From positions 1 to 31,831 of the IMG/VR virus record IMGVR_UViG_3300007863_000252: a stretch of DNA of 31,831 nt. One strand, given 5' to 3'. The first letter of the stretch is position 1. Each line of letters opens with the position of its first letter. Position numbers and translations under genes: made by a program. The notes under the pieces are model-generated. The model was not told where the DNA came from. It saw only the letters and a list, made by a program, of their open reading frames with translations, and did no database searches. Below, piece by piece: positions 25,272 to 31,831 of the stretch. The DNA is from a virus. Taxonomy: Duplodnaviria > Caudoviricetes.

Positions 25272-26319
25272 ATCGGATGATGTTGGTTCAGTCAACAAAG
25301 CTGTTGGTTGGAGACAAATAGTACGAGAACAAAATAACATCGAACCCAATATGGGAGAAGATGTGGTATCCAAAGACGACCTTCGCACGGGGCAAGGTCG
25401 TATGGAAGTTAAATTTGTTGATGACAGCAAATTGCGTATGACCGAGCATACCCGTATCGTAATTGATAACGTAGTGTTTGATGATGACCCAAGTAAATCA
25501 GAACTTGCAATGACCTTTGCCCAGGGCACTGCAAGATTTGTATCAGGTCAACTCGGAACAATTGATAAAGAAAACATAAGACTCAAAACCCCTAGTGCAT
25601 CAATAGGGATTCGTGGGACTGACTTCACCGTCACGGTGGATGAATTTGGAAGTACTCTCGTTGTGCTTCTGCCTGATGTAGACGGTGTATCTTCTGGCGA
25701 AATCATCGTATCTACTATGACAGGTGAAGTCGTTCTCAATAAACCGTTTGAGTCTACAAGAGTGAGTGTTGCAGAATCAGACCCCTCTACACCCTCTATT
25801 CTCAACCTCTCTCTTGATATGTTGAATAACATTATGATTATCAACCCACCTAAAAAAGAAATCGCATTCGATGACATATACGGAATCGGTAAGAATAATG
25901 AGTCCACAAACATTCTTGACATTGACTTCTTAGATGATGACTTTGGATTGAGTGAAGACGCACTGGACTATGATGAGTTAGAATTTACTGAACTTGATAT
26001 CGATTATCTAGATGTCGAACTGTTAGAAGATGTACTTGATTCATTTGTTGATTTGACAGATGAGTTACTCAAAGAAAAACAAACATCTGCGGGTCGATTA
26101 TCCCTTGCGGGTACAGAAGAAGGATTCGATACTGTCACTCAAGTAACTACATTAGTTGAGGGTGATAAGGTAGAGTTCCGAAGAGAAGTCGCAGATAGGG
26201 CACAGATATCTGTTGACCAAGATTCCGAAGCAAACATCTCAATAGAACAAGACGGTAAGTTATTAGACCCTATAATGTTAAATGGAGGTGGGGAAACTAG
26301 TATATTAATAGTGCAATAA
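25192..26319 (+). CDS. FecR-domain periplasmic protein with acidic linker
   Basis: Signal-like N-terminus, LRTG..GR, F.DDS, KTPSASIGIRGTDF FecR motif; start 25192 (or TTG 25183). Confidence 0.8.
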   Translation: MVHQHLIRLFVFSSLILAPLQVTAETKSDDVGSVNKAVGWRQIVREQNNIEPNMGEDVVSKDDLRTGQGRMEVKFVDDSKLRMTEHTRIVIDNVVFDDDPSKSELAMTFAQGTARFVSGQLGTIDKENIRLKTPSASIGIRGTDFTVTVDEFGSTLVVLLPDVDGVSSGEIIVSTMTGEVVLNKPFESTRVSVAESDPSTPSILNLSLDMLNNIMIINPPKKEIAFDDIYGIGKNNESTNILDIDFLDDDFGLSEDALDYDELEFTELDIDYLDVELLEDVLDSFVDLTDELLKEKQTSAGRLSLAGTEEGFDTVTQVTTLVEGDKVEFRREVADRAQISVDQDSEANISIEQDGKLLDPIMLNGGGETSILIVQ

Positions 26320-26322
26320 ATA
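26315..26322 (+). promoter_or_regulatory. Late-promoter-like motif before the cyclase
   Basis: AATAAATA 5 nt before ATG 26328, no SD visible. Confidence 0.45.
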
Positions 26323-26327
26323 CTAAC

Positions 26328-28160
26328 ATGAAAACATGGCACGTACTTATAACCCTCGCACTATTAATCGCAATCAGAATAATAGACCCCTTCATGTTGG
26401 AGAGTGCAAGACTTTCCTACTTTGATTCCTTACAGAGAAATCAAGACGTAAACGTATCCGAACAGATTGTACTGGTGGATATCGATGAGAAGACCCTAGA
26501 CCAATTTGGTCAATACCCAATCCCTCGTAAAGTAATGGCAGATGAAATCGATAAGATTGATGGTAGTCTTATTGCGTTTAATATCTTGTTCTCAGAAGAA
26601 GACAGAATGGGTGGTGATGAATACTTTGCAGATATCCTAGGATGGAAGAACTCAGTAGTTGCAATCGCACCATCCAATAGAACCAATACAGATTACAGAC
26701 CACCTCGTATCGGAACTGCGACATTTGGAGATAGGGATGCAGAAGACTTTGTATTAGAACGAGAAGGGATGTTGTTCGCACAAGAAGTTATTCATAACAA
26801 TGCAACAGGTTATGGTACGATATCATCCGAACAAGATATCGATGGTGTGGTGAGACGAACATCATTACTAGAGAACTTTGATGGTAGATTGTATCCCGCA
26901 TTTGCACTTGACATTCTCAGGGTTGCCGCAGGGGATATATCCTATCAGATATCAACAGATGATTATGGAATTAAGTTTGTTCGTATTCCAAACTTTGAAC
27001 CAATCAATGTAGACTTGATGGGTAATGTCACTATTGCATACTGGAATGAGTTTAAGAGATACTCATTCACAGAACTAGACACTATACCAAAAGGTAGTAT
27101 AATCGTGATTGGTGCAACCTTCGAAGGTTCTAATGTAGTGAGTACACCAATGGGTTCTATGTATCCCCATGACATCCAAGCAAACTTAGTCAAGACAATG
27201 ATTGATGGTGTGAGTATAACACGTCCCGCAGAATACATGATATATGAGATGGTACTTACTGTCATACTAAGTGTCATACTATTAGTACTCTTGAACTATG
27301 CAAGTATTATTGTATCAGGAGTGTCATACTGTGTCATACTCATTGGTTCTGTTACAGGTACGGGTTGGTTGTTTCAAGATTATTTTGTTCAACTAGACCC
27401 AACCTTTGCGATTGGTACATTGACCCTGATATTCGCACATGGGTCATTCGTACAGTTCTATACACAGTTTAAAGCGAAACAAATGATTAAGGGACAGTTC
27501 GGTACATACCTTTCCCCCGACATGGTGGACATGTTGGCAGAAGACCCGTCTCTCATGAAGTTGGGTGGAGAGAGAAAAGAGATGACGTTCTTGTTTATGG
27601 ACATCTGTGGGTTCACTCCCATAAGCGAACATTATAAGAATAATGATGACCCCGAAGGATTGGTCGCATTGATTAATAATTATCTAAACGAAATGACCAA
27701 TATCATTTTAAAAAATGGTGGGACTATTGATAAATACATGGGTGACTGCATCATGGCATTTTGGAACGCACCTTTACCATGTGAAAACCACGCAGACCTA
27801 GCAGTCAAATCCGCAATAGAAATAGAAGAGAAGACGAATGAACTTAGACGAAAATATCAAGAACAGGGTCTACCCCCCATCAATGTTGGAACTGGTATCA
27901 ATACTGGCGATTGCATTGTTGGTAATATGGGTAGTGAGTCACGGTTTGATTACTCTGTCATCGGAGACGCAGTCAACCTTGCCGCAAGACTTGAAGCAAC
28001 CGCAGCAAGAGGAGACTACCTTGAATACAAGACCATCTACTCTAGTAACACAATGGAACAACTTACCAACATTGAATCGAGACCGATAGGAAAAATCAAA
28101 GTAAAGGGTAAGGAAGAGAAGATTGATATCTACACATTTAAAGAGGTTATAAATAATTAA
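26328..28160 (+). CDS. CHASE2-domain class III adenylate cyclase
   Basis: N-terminal TM, IVLVDIDEKTL and DIDGVVRR (CHASE2), 3 TMs, FMDICGFT, DKYMGDCIMAFWNAP, GINTG, FDYSVIGDAVNLAARLE; Lys/Asp pair indicates ATP specificity. Confidence 0.93.
   Translation: MKTWHVLITLALLIAIRIIDPFMLESARLSYFDSLQRNQDVNVSEQIVLVDIDEKTLDQFGQYPIPRKVMADEIDKIDGSLIAFNILFSEEDRMGGDEYFADILGWKNSVVAIAPSNRTNTDYRPPRIGTATFGDRDAEDFVLEREGMLFAQEVIHNNATGYGTISSEQDIDGVVRRTSLLENFDGRLYPAFALDILRVAAGDISYQISTDDYGIKFVRIPNFEPINVDLMGNVTIAYWNEFKRYSFTELDTIPKGSIIVIGATFEGSNVVSTPMGSMYPHDIQANLVKTMIDGVSITRPAEYMIYEMVLTVILSVILLVLLNYASIIVSGVSYCVILIGSVTGTGWLFQDYFVQLDPTFAIGTLTLIFAHGSFVQFYTQFKAKQMIKGQFGTYLSPDMVDMLAEDPSLMKLGGERKEMTFLFMDICGFTPISEHYKNNDDPEGLVALINNYLNEMTNIILKNGGTIDKYMGDCIMAFWNAPLPCENHADLAVKSAIEIEEKTNELRRKYQEQGLPPINVGTGINTGDCIVGNMGSESRFDYSVIGDAVNLAARLEATAARGDYLEYKTIYSSNTMEQLTNIESRPIGKIKVKGKEEKIDIYTFKEVINN
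28148..28155 (+). promoter_or_regulatory. T4-type late promoter
   Basis: TATAAATA at cyclase 3' end. Confidence 0.55.
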
Positions 28161-28185
28161 TATCGAAAAAGATAGAACAACAAAA

Positions 28186-28278
28186 GTGAGTCTATATAAA
28201 CGATGGAAACTAAAGGTGAAGATGTGGTGGGCACTACGAAAAGAAAAGAAGAACGACCCGTATATTTACGAGGAATAA
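28186..28278 (+). CDS. Small basic peptide, 30 aa, ending DPYIYEE, missing from ORF track
   Basis: GTG start; MSLYKRWKLKVKMWWALRKEKKNDPYIYEE; immediately precedes carbamoyltransferase. Confidence 0.55.
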   Translation: MSLYKRWKLKVKMWWALRKEKKNDPYIYEE

Positions 28279-28286
28279 ACAACTTT

Positions 28287-29723
28287 ATGTATCTAGGATG
28301 GAGTGAAGGATTCCATGATGCGGGTGTATGTGTTATTGATAATAATGGACACATTGTTTTTGCATCACATAGTGAGAGGTTCTCAGGTAAGAAACACGAT
28401 AAGTATATTGGTTATGACCTTAAGGGATATATCAATGGTATGTGGAAGAGTGAGATTGTACATAAAGCGTTCTTTGAACAACCACTTCTTAAGAAGACCC
28501 GACAATTATATGCGGGTCAATTTAGTACCATATTCAAGAAAAGACTTCTTGCATGGAAACCTGATTCCACTCATCCCCATCACAAATCACATGCCGCAGG
28601 AGCATTCCAAACATCACCTTACGAAGAAGCAGTAACGATTGTTGTTGACTCAATTGGTGAATGGGATTGTACGAGTGTATGGAAATGTGGATATGATGCA
28701 GAAGGTAAGGCGACCTATAAGAAAGTTTACTCTGAGAAATATCCTGAAAGTATTGGTCTATGGTATTCTGCATTAACTAAGTATGTGGGACTCAGACCCC
28801 TAGACGAAGAATATATCTTTATGGGTATGGCCGCATTTGGGGAACCAAGTGAACCCTGTATTGCAGACCTACACAATCTATTGTGTAATGTGAATAATCA
28901 TAAAGGAATTCCTGTAGGACATCTAGATTATCCCAACGAAGTGATTGCCGCATCCGCTCAAGTAGTTCTTGAAAATAAACTCCAAGAAATATTTTCTTTT
29001 GCATCTCAGTATTCTGATAATATATGTTATGGTGGTGGTGTTGCACTGAACTGTGTCGCAAACACAAAACTACAGTTAAAATATCCTAACCTATGGATTA
29101 TGCCAAATCCTGGCGATGCGGGTGGTTCACTAGGTGCAGCCGCACTCGCATATGGTGGTAAGGTACACTGGGAACATCCGTATCTAGGAAGAGATATCTC
29201 ATCATCAACAACCCCCGATAAACTCGCAGAAGAAATTGTTGATGAACTGGAAAAAACAGGTGTAGTAGGAGTTGTATTTGGTCAGTCAGAGTTTGGCCCT
29301 CGTGCATTGGGTAATCGTTCACTACTTGCAGACCCTAGAGGAGAAGGTGCGAAGGATAGAATAAATGGTATCAAACGAAGACAGAAGTTTCGACCATTTG
29401 CACCTGTGATATTAGAAGAACATGCACATGAGTATTTTGATATCACTTCTAGTGACGGTTCAAGTCCTTACATGTCTTTTGTATATGATGGACTAAAGAC
29501 GGATTGTCCCGCAATATTACATGTTGACAACACATGTAGAGTACAAACCGTTCCTTGGAATAGTCCTTCTATTATAAGAACAGTACTTGATTTATGGTAT
29601 CATAGAACAGGGTGTCCTCTTCTTCTCAATACAAGTTTAAACATAAGAGGAGAACCTATGGTGGATACACTGAATGATGCACATAGATTTGAAATGCAAT
29701 ATGGAGTAAAGGTGGTATATTAA
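28287..29723 (+). CDS. Carbamoyltransferase (NodU/CmcH/TobZ family)
   Basis: GFHDAG, HHKSHA, MGMAAFG, GGGVALNC, EFGPRALGNRSLLADP, RPFAP, LLNTSLNIRGEP; start re-set to 28287 behind GAGG. Confidence 0.95.
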   Translation: MYLGWSEGFHDAGVCVIDNNGHIVFASHSERFSGKKHDKYIGYDLKGYINGMWKSEIVHKAFFEQPLLKKTRQLYAGQFSTIFKKRLLAWKPDSTHPHHKSHAAGAFQTSPYEEAVTIVVDSIGEWDCTSVWKCGYDAEGKATYKKVYSEKYPESIGLWYSALTKYVGLRPLDEEYIFMGMAAFGEPSEPCIADLHNLLCNVNNHKGIPVGHLDYPNEVIAASAQVVLENKLQEIFSFASQYSDNICYGGGVALNCVANTKLQLKYPNLWIMPNPGDAGGSLGAAALAYGGKVHWEHPYLGRDISSSTTPDKLAEEIVDELEKTGVVGVVFGQSEFGPRALGNRSLLADPRGEGAKDRINGIKRRQKFRPFAPVILEEHAHEYFDITSSDGSSPYMSFVYDGLKTDCPAILHVDNTCRVQTVPWNSPSIIRTVLDLWYHRTGCPLLLNTSLNIRGEPMVDTLNDAHRFEMQYGVKVVY

Positions 29724-29875
29724 TGTTTCAACACTTAAAAGATATCAATATGTCGTACATAGGACATCTATTACATGCATGGAAGATGGCGTTTATTCTC
29801 TTGGTGCATGGACTTTTCCCTTGGATATGGAAAACCAAGGTATCAGACGAGATAAAAAGGTACGAAGAATTGTGA
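29723..29875 (+). CDS. Small membrane protein, 50 aa, DUF6356-like, missing from ORF track
   Basis: MFQHLKDINMSYIGHLLHAW...LLVHGLFPW; TAATG coupling. Confidence 0.65.
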   Translation: MFQHLKDINMSYIGHLLHAWKMAFILLVHGLFPWIWKTKVSDEIKRYEEL

Positions 29876-29893
29876 CAATCATGTGACAACCCT

Positions 29894-29921
29894 TATAAAT
29901 AGATATGAGGTAATATAAATA
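29894..29921 (+). promoter_or_regulatory. Tandem T4-type late promoter motifs
   Basis: TATAAATA at 29894-29901 and 29914-29921. Confidence 0.6.
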
Positions 29922-30004
29922 TGAAACAAATATATAAACAATTTAATAAAATGATGAAATCAGGACGGTTACACAGAGTTTGGAACGCCCAACTAGTGAG
30001 TTAA
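29921..30004 (+). CDS. Mini-protein, 27 aa, missing from ORF track
   Basis: GAGGT SD; MKQIYKQFNKMMKSGRLHRVWNAQLVS; stop 1 nt before the desaturase start. Confidence 0.55.
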   Translation: MKQIYKQFNKMMKSGRLHRVWNAQLVS

Positions 30005-30005
30005 C

Positions 30006-30770
30006 ATGAACAAAATGTTTCGGTGGTTTGATACCTTAGAACGTAAATACAGAAAACCAGTACTTGCGTCTACACAGATAATCTGTTGGTTATCTTTAAT
30101 ACCTATGATAATGTACGCATCAATAAGTCAGTGGGTCGCTTGTTTGGTGTTATGGCAATGTATGACCATTGCGGGTACATTAGGATATCATAGAGTATTC
30201 TCTCATGGACATTGGAAAGATTGTCCCGCATGGGCACGAAGTTTCTTCGTACTATTCGGTTCACTGGGGTTTATTGGCCCTGCCATACCATTTGCGGCAG
30301 TTCACCACGAACACCACCGTTATACTGATACTGATAAAGACCCACATTCCGCACAGTTCAAAGGTCACTTTTGGACTTACGTAACCCCTCAACTCGCACC
30401 CTTCAGTTTGAAGTACCTTGTGGGTGACGGGAAGAAACACTTCAGAAAACTTATCAAAGACCCAATCTTAGGATTTCAAGAGAGGTATTATTGGTTCATC
30501 GTATTAGGATGGATTGTATTATTACTCTTGACAACAGGTGATTTGTATAGTATAATATGGGGATTACTTGCCCCCGCAGGATTACTGAAGTTGTTTTCAA
30601 ACCTACTCTTCGGATATTCACACAGAGGTGGAAAACCCCACAATGACTTTTGGTTAGGTCTATTGACTGCGGGTGAAGGATTCCACAAAGAACACCACGA
30701 CAGACCGTGGGAAGTTCGCAATCATAAGTGGGATATCTCAGGAAAAATAATTCAAATATTTTCAAAATAG
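30006..30770 (+). CDS. Membrane fatty acid desaturase (delta-9/DesC-like)
   Basis: His boxes HRVFSH, HHEHH, GEGFHKEHH; DKDPHS; TM segments. Confidence 0.92.
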   Translation: MNKMFRWFDTLERKYRKPVLASTQIICWLSLIPMIMYASISQWVACLVLWQCMTIAGTLGYHRVFSHGHWKDCPAWARSFFVLFGSLGFIGPAIPFAAVHHEHHRYTDTDKDPHSAQFKGHFWTYVTPQLAPFSLKYLVGDGKKHFRKLIKDPILGFQERYYWFIVLGWIVLLLLTTGDLYSIIWGLLAPAGLLKLFSNLLFGYSHRGGKPHNDFWLGLLTAGEGFHKEHHDRPWEVRNHKWDISGKIIQIFSK

Positions 30771-30772
30771 TT

Positions 30773-30805
30773 CTTGACAAAACCTGTTCTTGTTGTTATA
30801 ATAAG
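30773..30805 (+). promoter_or_regulatory. sigma70-type promoter cassette, copy 2 of 33 nt repeat
   Basis: Identical to 21650-21682. Confidence 0.9.
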
Positions 30806-30808
30806 GGT

Positions 30809-30964
30809 ATGTTAAATGAGAAAGAAAAAGATATTGCTTGTCCCGAATGCTGTGGAAATGGTTACGACCTTGACATAGAGAACGAGACAGGTGAAGAAGA
30901 GGATTGTTGGGTCTGTTGTGGTACTGGTACTACAACGGGTGAGGATTGGTATCCCAATCTATAA
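30809..30964 (+). CDS. Small zinc-finger protein with two CxxCxGxG motifs
   Basis: CPECCGNG and CWVCCGTG (DnaJ-type); ATG at predicted +1. Confidence 0.7.
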   Translation: MLNEKEKDIACPECCGNGYDLDIENETGEEEDCWVCCGTGTTTGEDWYPNL

Positions 30965-30966
30965 AC

Positions 30967-31022
30967 TTTTTTCACTTATTGTGAAAAAAAGACTTGACAA
31001 AACTTGTTCCATTTGATATAGT
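30967..31022 (+). promoter_or_regulatory. Stem-loop plus sigma70-type promoter
   Basis: TTTTTTCAC-TTATT-GTGAAAAAA inverted repeat then TTGACA-N17-TATAGT. Confidence 0.75.
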
Positions 31023-31052
31023 ATATAAGTAAATTAATTGAGAGGAAATATT

Positions 31053-31307
31053 ATGATTACATCAAAACTTAAACAGGAACTTCTAAACCTGAACTCTGTA
31101 TCGGAGTTGAATGAAGTAATTGCTTTCGCAAGGGAAGCAGTATCAATGCAAACTAAGGCATCGATTACAGTCGGTTCTAAAGTCTACGTTGTACAGAAGA
31201 CCAAGAAAACTCTTGGTGAAGTTGTCAAAGTAAATATCAAGAAAGCGATTGTTATGTTGCCTGAAGGTAGATACTCTGTCCCATTAGCAATGTTGGAGGT
31301 GGCGTAA
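31053..31307 (+). CDS. Hypothetical protein, possible SH3-like C-terminal barrel
   Basis: GAGG SD; VGSKVYVV...GEVVKVNIKKAIV...YSVP. Confidence 0.75.
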   Translation: MITSKLKQELLNLNSVSELNEVIAFAREAVSMQTKASITVGSKVYVVQKTKKTLGEVVKVNIKKAIVMLPEGRYSVPLAMLEVA

Positions 31308-31308
31308 T

Positions 31309-31831
31309 ATGAGTCATGATTTAGAAATTGTAAACGGTCAAGCACAAATGGCGTATGCTGGTGATGTGCCTTGGCATGGGTTGGGGACTGCGGTCTCCAA
31401 TGATTTGTCCCCTAACCAAATGATGGTGAAGGCGGGTCTTGATTGGTCTGTGGAGAAAGTTCCAACCTACGCAAAAGTAGGTGATGTGGAAGTTCCTACA
31501 GGTCAGGAAGCACTTGTAAGGTCTTCGGACAATAAAGTGTTAACTCAGGTTGGTAAGAACTGGCATCCTGTACAGAACGAAGAAGCATTTGAATTCTTCT
31601 CTGAATACTGTATGGCAGGTGACATGGAAATGCACACTGCGGGTTCACTCAAAGAAGGTAAGATGACTTGGGGACTTGCAAAAGTCAAAGAGTCATTTGA
31701 TGTTCTTAAAAATGACCAAGTGGATTCGTTCCTATTGTTCTCTAACCCTCATGAGTACGGTAAGTCTATTGATATTAGGTTTACTCCAATTAGGGTTGTA
31801 TGTAACAATACATTGTCTATGGCACTTGCAA
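31309..31831 (+). CDS. DUF932 family protein (partial, runs off window)
   Basis: GGAGG SD; PWHGLG, AGLDWSV, PVQNEEAFEFF, TAGSL, TPIRVVCNNTL. Confidence 0.85.
   Translation, partial: MSHDLEIVNGQAQMAYAGDVPWHGLGTAVSNDLSPNQMMVKAGLDWSVEKVPTYAKVGDVEVPTGQEALVRSSDNKVLTQVGKNWHPVQNEEAFEFFSEYCMAGDMEMHTAGSLKEGKMTWGLAKVKESFDVLKNDQVDSFLLFSNPHEYGKSIDIRFTPIRVVCNNTLSMALA

Noticed and set aside
28203-28286. N-terminal extension of the carbamoyltransferase in the ORF track
   Set aside because: Family starts at MYLG..GFHD; SD before 28287 and a separate peptide ORF occupies another frame
29871-29892. CRP/cAMP-responsive site matching the phage cyclase
   Set aside because: TGTGA occurs as a direct repeat, not the TGTGA-N6-TCACA inverted repeat
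4-30780. Numerous minus-strand and nested ORFs in the track (e.g. 4-348, 24509-24991, 25548-25922)
   Set aside because: Shadows of well-supported plus-strand genes with no motifs or SD
1-31831. CRISPR array, tRNA genes, transposases or stop-codon recoding
   Set aside because: No regularly spaced repeats, cloverleafs or transposase motifs seen; core genes are intact in the standard code with all three stops used

Overview
A 31.8 kb segment of a large, AT-rich T4-like (myovirus) phage genome, most likely from an aquatic proteobacterial host (host is inference). Nearly all genes are on the + strand. The left two thirds is the T4-type replication/recombination core (gp46, gp45, gp44, gp62, regA, gp43, uvsX, gp41) plus dCMP deaminase, thyX and hsp20. 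It is interleaved with accessory enzymes: JmjC/2OG-Fe oxygenase-like proteins, a GT25-like protein, a methyltransferase, a UDP-sugar epimerase and dehydrogenase, an AEP-like primase and an EndoVII-like HNH. The right third is accessory. It holds a promoter-driven ~260 nt structured non-coding region, small early-type genes behind repeated sigma70 promoter cassettes, and an unannotated 56-codon ArfA-like ORF with a terminator inside its reading frame. It also holds a late-promoter-driven module (two GFPI membrane proteins, CsgF, CsgG, curlin-like protein, FecR protein, CHASE2 adenylate cyclase), a carbamoyltransferase, a fatty acid desaturase and a partial DUF932 gene. Top leads: the Csg/FecR/CHASE2-cyclase trans-envelope module, the ArfA-like non-stop ORF, the candidate ncRNA at 21038-21313 and a ROSE-type RNA thermometer before hsp20. 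All family calls come from motif recognition by eye; no searches were run.
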